This document shows, in pieces, positions 8,613 through 16,736 of a stretch of DNA of 64,000 nt. The notes under the pieces are model-generated. The model was not told the origin of the DNA and did no database searches. It was given only the letters and a program-made list of their open reading frames with translations. How positions within the stretch are numbered: the first letter of the stretch is position 1; every line of letters begins with the position of its first letter. The stretch lies in IMG/VR virus record IMGVR_UViG_3300025864_000001, positions 14,469 to 78,468 of that record; one strand, 5' to 3'. Position numbers and translations under genes: made by a program. The stretch is from a virus.

Positions 8613-9119
8613 TTATTCGCTTGTTAACGTGCCATCATCAGTAAAATAATACTCATTCGCTTCAATGGTATCAATTATTGCCTCCTCGCTGGTCCTGTAC
8701 TCGTACTCCTTTGTTAATATTATCCTGTAATCCTCACAAAGAGACTTTAAAAATTCATCTTCTAACTCTTCTATCTCTTCCTCTACTGATTGTTCTATCC
8801 TTCCATTTTCTCCGGTCAATGCTTCAAGGTCATTTAAAAACTCTTTTGCTGTGTCAAATGTATCACATTCATTGCCGTGACTTACTTTTATTAGTTCGGC
8901 TGTGTCTGCTGCTGATACGATAAAATTACCTTTTACATAACTTGCTCTATCAATGTCAAAGCCTGTTATCTTAAAGTTGATATTTTCTGCATCCTCATAT
9001 GTTGATTCAAACCAGTTAGAAAATTCCACATTAATAGCTGATAGTTTATTTATTGCGTTCTTTTTTGCCTCTTCTGATAGTTCGCTGAACTGATACAGGT
9101 TAATAGTTTTTGTTTTCAT
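8613..9119 (-). CDS. acidic early phage protein
   Basis: LYQFSELSEEAK...YEYRTSEEAI...ANEYYFTDDG family pattern; strongly acidic. Confidence 0.7.
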   Translation of the reverse strand: MKTKTINLYQFSELSEEAKKNAINKLSAINVEFSNWFESTYEDAENINFKITGFDIDRASYVKGNFIVSAADTAELIKVSHGNECDTFDTAKEFLNDLEALTGENGRIEQSVEEEIEELEDEFLKSLCEDYRIILTKEYEYRTSEEAIIDTIEANEYYFTDDGTLTSE

Positions 9120-9143
9120 CTTATTTTGTGTTTTTGGTGCCGG

Positions 9144-9416
9144 TTAATATTGTTCTGTAACATCATATACAAGCTGTTCCCATCTATCTAAACCGTTCGG
9201 GCGTCCTCCTTCTTTTAATTTGGGGCACAGTTTAATAAACTTAATAGCATATTGTAAGGCCTTTAATAGGTCCGGGGCTGCTGCAAGTAGTCGCGCGTTG
9301 GCTTCCTGTTCTTCGTTATCCTTATCAAAATAAGGAATAAGGGCAAGCGTTTTCCCTGTCTCTTGTGGGTAAATTTGTCCGTCCTTAGTTATCCATGTTC
9401 CTTCTGTGTGTTTCAT
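9144..9416 (-). CDS. early protein, MKHT.G.W / ANARLIAAAPDLL family
   Basis: MKHTEGTW...EANARLLAAAPDLL. Confidence 0.75.
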   Translation of the reverse strand: MKHTEGTWITKDGQIYPQETGKTLALIPYFDKDNEEQEANARLLAAAPDLLKALQYAIKFIKLCPKLKEGGRPNGLDRWEQLVYDVTEQY

Positions 9417-9458
9417 CGTCTTGTGTGTTTAATGGTTAATACTCTGGTTTACTGTTTA

Positions 9459-9641
9459 TTATAGTCCGCAATCTGCATCAGACTGCATTTCATACTCTAA
9501 TTCGTAGAGTTCACTGGCTCTGTCTGCGCAATCCTCGCAGATATTGACATCAAGAGGGCTAATTTCCCCGTTCTCTATCATATCAACCTCTGTTTTAGAT
9601 AGTTGAAATTTCTCTTTACATATAATACAGGTGCGTTTCAT
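9459..9641 (-). CDS. small zinc-ribbon protein
   Basis: CIIC...CEDC. Confidence 0.65.
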   Translation of the reverse strand: MKRTCIICKEKFQLSKTEVDMIENGEISPLDVNICEDCADRASELYELEYEMQSDADCGL

Positions 9642-9652
9642 AGTGTTGTGTT

Positions 9653-9745
9653 TTAAAGGTTTTCAACTATTGTTTCTATTTCTTCATCCGTAGACCCTTG
9701 GGCCCTGAGGTCCTTTACAAATTCAATTAATTCACTGGTTTTCAT
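9653..9745 (-). CDS. 30-aa early peptide (not in the ORF track)
   Basis: MKTSELIEFVKDLRAQGSTDEEIETIVENL, preceded by the AAAAACACAAAC motif seen before neighbouring genes. Confidence 0.55.
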   Translation of the reverse strand: MKTSELIEFVKDLRAQGSTDEEIETIVENL

Positions 9746-9778
9746 TGGTTTGTGTTTTTAATTAATACTAATCAGATG

Positions 9779-9893
9779 TAAATGTAATACATATATATCA
9801 TATAAACAAATCTTTTTACATATTTATTTTGCATTATTATATTATTATTATTGCTTTTTACTTGTTTATATGATATTTATAGTTTTACTTTGT
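9779..9893. promoter_or_regulatory. divergent early promoters sharing a 15-bp inverted repeat
   Basis: ATATCATATAAACAA (9795-9809) and TTGTTTATATGATAT (9862-9876), each followed by a near-consensus -7 box. Confidence 0.65.
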
Positions 9894-9919
9894 ACTGTTA
9901 ACCAATAAAAACACACACA

Positions 9920-10300
9920 ATGAAAATTAAAAGCAGTAACGCAAGTAGTTTTTTAAATCATCTCAAAACATTGGCCTATCTTGGTAATGTTGATGAGTGG
10001 AAAGCAGAGAACCTTTACAAGAAATTAAAAAGGATCGAATCAAGAATGAACCGTTTAATGTGCGATGAGTGCAACGGGACCAGACCAGGCACCGAAGAAG
10101 AGAACGAAAAGAAAGACGAAAAAGTAATTGATCGAGTTAAAAAGCTCCTTCCGGTTGCTACTGGCGTATTCCTTAACGGGGACCCTCGCGGCTATACTCT
10201 TAAAATCAAGAGCGAAGATGTTAAAACTTTGAACGAGGCCGGCAAAATCAATATTTATCAGGATTGGGGCGGCTATGGTATTTTGGCCCCTGAATTTTAA
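9920..10300 (+). CDS. early hypothetical protein (NGDPRGY family)
   Basis: 126 aa with LNGDPRGYTLKI; first gene after the rightward promoter. Confidence 0.75.
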   Translation: MKIKSSNASSFLNHLKTLAYLGNVDEWKAENLYKKLKRIESRMNRLMCDECNGTRPGTEEENEKKDEKVIDRVKKLLPVATGVFLNGDPRGYTLKIKSEDVKTLNEAGKINIYQDWGGYGILAPEF

Positions 10301-10301
10301 A

Positions 10302-10356
10302 GGTTTGCTGATGATTGTTAAATACATGAAAGCGGGCTAATTACCCGCTACAAACC
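10302..10356 (+). ncRNA. hammerhead ribozyme (type I)
   Basis: stem I GGTTTG/CAAACC, CTGATGA core, short stem II, GAAA, stem III GCGGG/CCCGC, CUA cleavage triplet. Confidence 0.85.
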
Positions 10357-10373
10357 AATAAAAACACAAAGAA

Positions 10374-10637
10374 ATGACAAACACACTAATTAACACAGAT
10401 TACCGGACCTATTTAGTAAGGTTCAAATTTCAATCAACATACTGCCGTTTTATCGTGCAGGGTTCCGGGCTTATGGACTGCTTAAAACAGTATGATCAGA
10501 ACGGGGTGGAATCCATTAAAGAATTTGACCCGCTCAAAAGTACATTTAAACGCATTTCCCGGGCTGATCTCCTGAAGGCGTTCAAATGGGAAACAGAAAC
10601 GTATGAGTATTTAAAAAATCATTACTTTTTCAAATAG
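10374..10637 (+). CDS. early hypothetical protein
   Basis: 87 aa; upstream 16-mer identical to that before gene 9920. Confidence 0.75.
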   Translation: MTNTLINTDYRTYLVRFKFQSTYCRFIVQGSGLMDCLKQYDQNGVESIKEFDPLKSTFKRISRADLLKAFKWETETYEYLKNHYFFK

Positions 10638-10708
10638 TTTTTATTGGTTGCTTGGTTAATACTTTGCGCCTGGGGTGTGTTCCTGGGCGCAATTAACCAC
10701 GCTTAACC
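10637..10708 (+). ncRNA. long hairpin with segments antisense to early-gene start regions
   Basis: GTTTTTATTGGTT, TGGTTAATACT and GTGTGTT complementary to early start regions; long imperfect stem. Confidence 0.55.
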
Positions 10709-10723
10709 GTAAATATTAATATT

Positions 10724-10924
10724 ATGGCACGAAAAAAATGTACTTTGGAATCTATCGCGCTGACTACTTTAAAGCCTGGTGCGTTCCTTTACTCTCATAA
10801 GGCCGATAAAGATTTAACGGCTATATCTCATTATTATCGGGTGCGGATAGCTACTGAGCGTTTAATATTGATCAATCCGCAGACCTGTAAAGCTCAAAAA
10901 ATTACAAAAGTTACTTTACTCTAA
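10724..10924 (+). CDS. early hypothetical protein
   Basis: 66-aa ORF. Confidence 0.6.
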   Translation: MARKKCTLESIALTTLKPGAFLYSHKADKDLTAISHYYRVRIATERLILINPQTCKAQKITKVTLL

Positions 10925-11384
10925 TACCTTATATTATGGAATATCTTTATTTATTAATTCCTGGTGTTCTGATCCTGATGATCTTCTTACCCTCTATTAA
11001 ACCCTTTAATACTGTGAAAAAATGACAATAGAACGCACCGCAACCAATTTAATGACCGGACAAATAAGAACGGTTATTTTTACACGTGTTGAGGATCATA
11101 ATTTTAATATTGCCAATCTCTGGCGGTCCTCTGATGGTGGTTATTATACCTTTGGGATCCTCGGATGGTTTAACGTTGATAAATACCTGAAACATGATTA
11201 AGCGCGTTTTAAGGCATCAATTTGCCCCGTTCCTACTTATCCCCCTGTCTTGTATCTATTGGGGTGTGTTCTGGGCCCTGGGGGTCCTGCTGGGCTTAAT
11301 GTAGCCGGGAGAATGCAGGGCCAAAGGTTTTAATATTACAATCAAATAGTATCACAATTTTTTAATTTATAAAAACACAGAAAA

Positions 11385-11597
11385 ATGAAAGAAATTAAAT
11401 TTAACAGAAATACGTCATTTTTAGGGCGTAACGGCATGTTTAAACAATCCGGTATCCGAATAAATGAGATTACTGGCGCAATAGCTTTGTACCCGATCAC
11501 CAGTAAAGGACAAATCGGACGAGCATGTTTAACTATTCCAAAAGATAAGTTACAGGAATTTATGAATGCACTATTATTAACCCCTCTCACAGATTAA
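11385..11597 (+). CDS. early hypothetical protein
   Basis: 70 aa; AAAAACACAG upstream motif. Confidence 0.65.
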   Translation: MKEIKFNRNTSFLGRNGMFKQSGIRINEITGAIALYPITSKGQIGRACLTIPKDKLQEFMNALLLTPLTD

Positions 11598-11668
11598 GTT
11601 TTTGCCCGTTACAAGTCGGGAATAATACAGAGTACAGGGGCGCAAGCCTCTGAAATGTAACCAAAAAC
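11598..11668 (+). ncRNA. twister ribozyme (type P3)
   Basis: P3 GTTTTTG/CAAAAAC, P4 CCCG/CGGG with loop TTACAAGT, P2 TACA/TGTA, GAGTA, P1 CAGGGGC-GCAA-GCCTCTG; both pseudoknots (UAC/GUA, GU/AC) pair. Confidence 0.88.
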
Positions 11669-11677
11669 ATAGAAATT

Positions 11678-12028
11678 ATGAAAGATCAAAAACACACAGC
11701 AGGAAATTGGACACGTGGAACTCGTACCAATACAAAAGAATGGATGCAAATAGTTAGTGATGGTATTATACCAATTGCAGAAGTAAAACCATTACATAAA
11801 ACCGGATACAGAGAAAAGGATGACTTTCAAACAGAAGAAGCAAACGCAAAATTAATTTGCGCAGCCCCAGACTTACTAAAAGTTTGCATTGACTTACTTA
11901 ACGCATTTGTCCACAAAGAGAATGACAAGAAAGGCAACCAGACAAGAACGGACATTTTTAAATACTGTCCTGAATTTGGGGAAATAGCAGTAGCAGCAAG
12001 ACACGCAATCGAAAAAGCAACGGAATAA
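11678..12028 (+). CDS. early protein, ANAKLIAAAPDLL family
   Basis: KHTAGNW...EANAKLICAAPDLL...KATE. Confidence 0.75.
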   Translation: MKDQKHTAGNWTRGTRTNTKEWMQIVSDGIIPIAEVKPLHKTGYREKDDFQTEEANAKLICAAPDLLKVCIDLLNAFVHKENDKKGNQTRTDIFKYCPEFGEIAVAARHAIEKATE

Positions 12029-12149
12029 TGAAAACAATTTGTACACATTGCGGGAAAAAACAAACCGCAAAAGAAAAAGAGTATTCTTTAAATAGCGCAA
12101 AATGTAAGTTTTGTAAAAAAGAAGGTACGTTAATAGAAATAACAAAGCA

Positions 12150-12392
12150 ATGAATAAACCAACCTACACACCGGAACAGATGAACGGCAAATATATTGCC
12201 TGTTCTGTATTACTCGATCCTCCCGGCTTGGGTGCAGTCGAATATGCCACAGGACCACGCGAGGGATTGCCCGTACTCTACAATTCCATAGCATCAGCAG
12301 AAGATGATTTGTTTTGGGATGACTTATGGGATCACATTATACCCGCAAGTGAATATTTTGAGCGGGTGGCAACAAATAATTTTAAGTTTTAA
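12150..12392 (+). CDS. hypothetical protein
   Basis: 80-aa ORF. Confidence 0.6.
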   Translation: MNKPTYTPEQMNGKYIACSVLLDPPGLGAVEYATGPREGLPVLYNSIASAEDDLFWDDLWDHIIPASEYFERVATNNFKF

Positions 12393-12413
12393 AATATATA
12401 AAAAAGCATAATT

Positions 12414-12692
12414 ATGAAACACACACAAGGAGAATGGATTATGCACAATAACGTGTTTAATTCTGTTGTAATCACAAAAATAGACAGTGGTTATAAAGTT
12501 ATCGGATCATTCACAAATGATAATAAATTGATCCCAGAAAACGAAATGAGGGCAAATGCAAAACTCTGCGCAGCAGCCCCTGACTTACTGGAGTCCTGTA
12601 TCAAATTATTTGAAATTGTTGATACAAGATCCCAATCCGATGAAGATATTTGCTTCATGGCATATAAAACCATTAAAAAAGCCACCGAATAA
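12414..12692 (+). CDS. early protein, ANAKLIAAAPDLL family
   Basis: MKHTQGEW...ANAKLCAAAPDLL...KKATE. Confidence 0.75.
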   Translation: MKHTQGEWIMHNNVFNSVVITKIDSGYKVIGSFTNDNKLIPENEMRANAKLCAAAPDLLESCIKLFEIVDTRSQSDEDICFMAYKTIKKATE

Positions 12693-12982
12693 TGCCACAA
12701 TTTAACCTCTTTGGAGAGATAGACGTACAGACCATGCCGGAGCCGGAAATGGTTTCCGAAATGCCTGAGCCTGAGATGCCGCACCCTCGCAAGTCAAAGA
12801 AGAGAAAGTCTTTTGATATTGGCATTTGTCGTGCGTGTGGTCAGTTACTACTCGATGATCCTGATAACACCAGGATTAAGATTGATGATGAGTTATGTGA
12901 GGATTGCGATGCTACATTAAGGGCAAAATACAGTCAGTATAAAAATTTTGCTCTTATACGAGCATTGAGAATGCGTAAATAA
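12692..12982 (+). CDS. zinc-ribbon protein with an MPEPEM repeat
   Basis: CRAC..CEDC; duplicated MPEPEM. Confidence 0.6.
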   Translation: MPQFNLFGEIDVQTMPEPEMVSEMPEPEMPHPRKSKKRKSFDIGICRACGQLLLDDPDNTRIKIDDELCEDCDATLRAKYSQYKNFALIRALRMRK

Positions 12983-12997
12983 CTTAAAAATAATAAC

Positions 12998-13236
12998 ATG
13001 AAAACTATTGAAGTTTCAGCCAAATCAATGACTGAATTTATTAAAAGCACAAAACTTCATTTTGATAATATTGATAAAATTATGAAGTTGCCGGAATCTA
13101 ATGAAAGAGGCAGGATGATAGCCAAAGAAATGAAATGAATCGGATTAATTTCGATTATGATGCTTTTCTTCATTTTGCGCTTAATATCCCAATGGACAAA
13201 CTCCAATCGGTGAGAAATAAAAGTTTCAAATTATAA
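12998..13236 (+). pseudogene. 77-aa gene interrupted by a 5-bp duplication
   Basis: GAAAT GAAAT at 13127-13136; removing one copy gives one open frame from ATG 12998 to TAA 13236. Confidence 0.55.
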
Positions 13237-13246
13237 AAACAATATT

Positions 13247-13477
13247 ATGAAAACAAATCCAAATAATCCAATTAATGCAATAGTAGGAGACAGTACAAAA
13301 TTTGCCGGACTTACCAAGCGTGAATACTTTGCAGCAATGGCAATGCAGGGACTTCTTGCAGGACATTACGAATACTTTACAGGTAATGCAGATGTTTCTG
13401 TACCAATGGAAATTGCTAAATATGCAGTTTATAATGCAGATGCTTTAATTGAAGAACTTAATAAATCAGAATTATGA
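13247..13477 (+). CDS. conserved phage protein (GLTKREYFAAMAMQG family)
   Basis: GLTKREYFAAMAMQGLL...AV..ADALIEELN. Confidence 0.8.
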   Translation: MKTNPNNPINAIVGDSTKFAGLTKREYFAAMAMQGLLAGHYEYFTGNADVSVPMEIAKYAVYNADALIEELNKSEL

Positions 13478-13974
13478 AAAAACTATTTTTTTTACTTTTG
13501 ATCAGCGTGTCATTCTCAGCAATGGCACAGCGTTATCCCTTTGCCCTCTATGTATCACACCAGCCGGTTGACTTTGGTATTGGTGTGCGTGGTGACTATT
13601 ATATACATGGCTTAGGCTTGTATAGCTCTGTGTCTTATGGCAATTGGGGACTTTACAGACAGTATGATATAAAACACCATGTAAAGCTATCAACGGGTGT
13701 GTTATTGCCTCTGCCAGATTATAATGGTGCTTCATTTGATGTTACTGCCGGCATTAATTATCATCTTTTAGGATCTGTTATGCTCGATAACTCCCCTCTT
13801 GACCCTAAAATCTTTAACCCTTGGAGTTTTGAGTTAGGGATTACAGCTAAATTAAAGCGTTTTTCATTAGGTTTGCGCACTGACATTTTGCGTTGGGAAC
13901 CATGCGTGGACGTAGGTTTTAAACTATTTAAAGGACAATATTATGACAAAGCAAAAAGTAAATCCTGTAAGTAA
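13474..13974 (+). CDS. secreted, probable outer-membrane beta-barrel protein
   Basis: Sec signal MKKLFFLLLISVSFSAMA; alternating aromatic/Gly beta-strands. Confidence 0.55.
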   Translation: MKKLFFLLLISVSFSAMAQRYPFALYVSHQPVDFGIGVRGDYYIHGLGLYSSVSYGNWGLYRQYDIKHHVKLSTGVLLPLPDYNGASFDVTAGINYHLLGSVMLDNSPLDPKIFNPWSFELGITAKLKRFSLGLRTDILRWEPCVDVGFKLFKGQYYDKAKSKSCK

Positions 13975-14167
13975 TCGTAAAATGTGGTGCTATTATGCGC
14001 CCGATGGGTGGCCACAAGTAAGAACATTAGCTGAGTCTCGAGTTGAATGTAGGCTGATGCTTAATAAATATGACTATCCTGCTACATGGCAGAAAGCTGA
14101 AAGTCAAGGTGCTTTTATACACAAAGTTGTTGTAACAATAATTGAACCTTTAAAATTAAGCCAATGA
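13943..14167 (+). CDS. hypothetical protein
   Basis: 74-aa ORF. Confidence 0.55.
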   Translation: MTKQKVNPVSNRKMWCYYAPDGWPQVRTLAESRVECRLMLNKYDYPATWQKAESQGAFIHKVVVTIIEPLKLSQ

Positions 14168-14517
14168 GAAAAAAGCAAATTTTCGTTCAAACGCAGGGTG
14201 TAGATAAGAACAGGGTCTCCCCCTTTAAGCCTATGGGCTTTGTTGCGCTTAATTTTGACAATATCAAAATGACTATTGATGCGTATGATTATTCAGGTGT
14301 GCTTGCTGAACCACGTGAGGACTCTCTTGTTGAGATCATGGACGAAAAAGAAGTATTTCAATTCACCCCTGCACAATTACTGCAAGCAATAAGATTTTTT
14401 CAACGCTATGCCGAAATGGGGAAGGATGTGGTGCGCTTTAAGAACATCTTCCATGTCATTATGCCAGACAGGTATAAGAATGCCTTACAAGTCACGAAAC
14501 GAGGTCTTAAATTTTGA
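14164..14517 (+). CDS. hypothetical protein
   Basis: 117-aa ORF with ATGA coupling. Confidence 0.65.
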   Translation: MRKKQIFVQTQGVDKNRVSPFKPMGFVALNFDNIKMTIDAYDYSGVLAEPREDSLVEIMDEKEVFQFTPAQLLQAIRFFQRYAEMGKDVVRFKNIFHVIMPDRYKNALQVTKRGLKF

Positions 14518-14545
14518 GTTTTAAAAATAGTTTATCTTTGTACCG

Positions 14546-14971
14546 ATGCAGACACAAGACACCATATCAAAAAAGAAGTTGGACCGGATAAAAATAATTT
14601 ATAACGGGGACGTGGAGATAATAGATTTCCTTTCCGATCTGAAAAGCAGGGATGTGATAGCCGGACTACAAGACCTCATCCATGATAATAAAGGACTGCC
14701 CTGTGCCCTCCTCTTTAATTGTGGATGTGATGATATTGTGGTAATGATACTCTATAAATCACCTTTTGCGTTCAATGATCCGGGTAATACTCTCATGCTT
14801 TATGCCGGAAATGAACTACATGAACTGATGGTGTACTTTAGACATCTTTTGGATAACACTTCAAAAGAGAAAAGCGTTATTAACCAAGCATTAACTGATA
14901 TTGTGCAACTACTGTACCAGGAATGGAACAGATTGCAAGACGATAATGTTCAGTCTGATTTTTTAGGCTGA
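14546..14971 (+). CDS. hypothetical protein, probably near-leaderless mRNA
   Basis: 141 aa; TATCTTTG box at 14533-14540 lies 5 nt before the ATG. Confidence 0.65.
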   Translation: MQTQDTISKKKLDRIKIIYNGDVEIIDFLSDLKSRDVIAGLQDLIHDNKGLPCALLFNCGCDDIVVMILYKSPFAFNDPGNTLMLYAGNELHELMVYFRHLLDNTSKEKSVINQALTDIVQLLYQEWNRLQDDNVQSDFLG

Positions 14972-14979
14972 CATAGAAC

Positions 14980-15018
14980 GGGTGCCGGTTTGTGTGTTCC
15001 GGTGCCCTTTCTTTTTTT
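14980..15018 (+). terminator. intrinsic terminator with a loop antisense to early start motifs
   Basis: GGGTGCCGG-TTTGTGTGTT-CCGGTGCCC followed by a T-tract. Confidence 0.7.
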
Positions 15019-15045
15019 CTAAACACTATAATCAAATTAATTGTA

Positions 15046-15609
15046 ATGAAGATGATCACAGGAACTTTAATAACATGGTTTTGTTTTCTCACTTGCTCGG
15101 CACCTCCTCCTTCGGTGGCGCAGCAAAAAGAAAACATTGAATGGGTTAAAATAGAGATTAATCGCATAGACTGTGAAGAGCAGCTTGCACTCTTTATTGA
15201 ACACTTGGGTATCCGTGAATCGGGTAATCGGTGGCAGATAATCAATGCAATCGGATGTATGGGTAAATTTCAATTTGCTCACAATACTCTTGAGTGTCTT
15301 GGTTACGGCTACATCACACCTCAGCAGTTCGCTCATAACCCTGAAATCTTCCCCGAAGCACTACAACGTCAGGTGTTGCTTGCCCTCTTTAAATCAAATG
15401 AAATAGCACTTAGAGACTATTTCTATTATTGCGGGCAGGAAATAGCAGGTGTGACAATAACCAGATCGGGAATGCTTGCTGCGGCTCATCTTGGAGGTGC
15501 CTATTCCGTAAAACTCTTTCTGCTTAGCATGGGGCATGTCAATAGACAAGACCTGAACCAGACATCAATAAAACACTACCTGAGCGAATTTGCCGGGTAT
15601 AATATTTAA
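15046..15609 (+). CDS. lysozyme-like / lytic transglycosylase with a signal-like N-terminus
   Basis: GIRESGN..IN.IGCMGKFQF and LAAAHLGG motifs. Confidence 0.7.
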   Translation: MKMITGTLITWFCFLTCSAPPPSVAQQKENIEWVKIEINRIDCEEQLALFIEHLGIRESGNRWQIINAIGCMGKFQFAHNTLECLGYGYITPQQFAHNPEIFPEALQRQVLLALFKSNEIALRDYFYYCGQEIAGVTITRSGMLAAAHLGGAYSVKLFLLSMGHVNRQDLNQTSIKHYLSEFAGYNI

Positions 15610-15619
15610 AAACACGACT

Positions 15620-15937
15620 ATGACAAAAGACAAGATTATTGAAAAACAGAAAGAACTGATTATCGTATTAACAACGGCCTTGGATTTCTTGGCAGATAAC
15701 AATCTGATTAAAGAAAAAAAAAATAATAACGATATTGATAATGAGCCTTTAATTGATTGCGTGAACAAGGCAGCCAAATTAAGAACTGAGGTTAAAGAAC
15801 TTGAATCAGAACTTTTTAAAGAAAAAACTCAATGCCCTTATAAAGGTGAAGAAGGTAATACATATGATCTATGTCCTTCATGGATCGCTTTTACAAATGG
15901 GTGTGCTGATTGTGTTAAATATCATAAAAATCAATAG
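15620..15937 (+). CDS. hypothetical protein
   Basis: start MTKDKII; Cys-rich C-terminus. Confidence 0.6.
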   Translation: MTKDKIIEKQKELIIVLTTALDFLADNNLIKEKKNNNDIDNEPLIDCVNKAAKLRTEVKELESELFKEKTQCPYKGEEGNTYDLCPSWIAFTNGCADCVKYHKNQ

Positions 15938-16246
15938 CTATGAAAAAAGACAAAACACCTATTGAATTTGAAGATCCTGATCCCTTTGACGGGATGAAAG
16001 CTCTTGGATGTCTGCTTATCGGCTCGGTACTGATCGCAGTAGCACTATTTCTGTTTGGAGTACTCATTAAAGTAATACAATGACTATGAAACTATTCTTA
16101 GCTATTTTAATGGGTGTCATCGCCATTATGTTCCTGTTCTTTGCCGGATTCGCAGAGGTGGTGGCAGTTGCCTTTGTTTACGTACTGCTCGCAATGTTGA
16201 GCATGCTCTTATCATTCTATTTTTACTTTGGTAATATCGAGTTTAA

Positions 16247-16510
16247 ATGAGCAGACATTACGAGCCACGCCAAAAGAAAGTCATCCCTCCTGTAAGGCGT
16301 ATGAAGATTATACGGATTGATGCCAGAACGGAAATTGAGGTACTTGCAAGCATCCCTGATGATGTGGCCAGAGAACGGTTCATCGCAAAACGAAATATGG
16401 GGCCACGTGCTCCGTTTGCCTCTCTATATCCTGCTGATGAAAAGCCGGAAGTGCCACAAGAAGAACTTGCATCAGTTGTAGATGATGAGGATTTACCTGA
16501 AACAGAATAA
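16247..16510 (+). CDS. hypothetical protein
   Basis: 87-aa ORF. Confidence 0.6.
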   Translation: MSRHYEPRQKKVIPPVRRMKIIRIDARTEIEVLASIPDDVARERFIAKRNMGPRAPFASLYPADEKPEVPQEELASVVDDEDLPETE

Positions 16511-16736
16511 CTATGGACAAAAGACTATTTGCATTTTTAAAAGATCGCAAGATATTCACAGGTGGTCATAAAACTTTGCGTGAATACATGGACAATAAAG
16601 AGCAAAACACTGAATGGAATGATCGTGCCCGGAAAGGGCACAAGAAAGCCAAGATGAAATAAATTTGGTTATTAAATCTACACTTCGTACTTTTGAAGTG
16701 TTATAACGGCAATATTGCCACAAAACAACAAAAACA

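Noticed and set aside
11255-11290. TGGGGTGTGTTCTGGG resembling the 10671-10686 hairpin loop
   Set aside because: It lies inside a plausible small membrane ORF (YWGVFWALG) and lacks the stem.
11296-11330. Second twister (TAATGTAGCC...TGCAG)
   Set aside because: No P4/L4 or pseudoknot partners.
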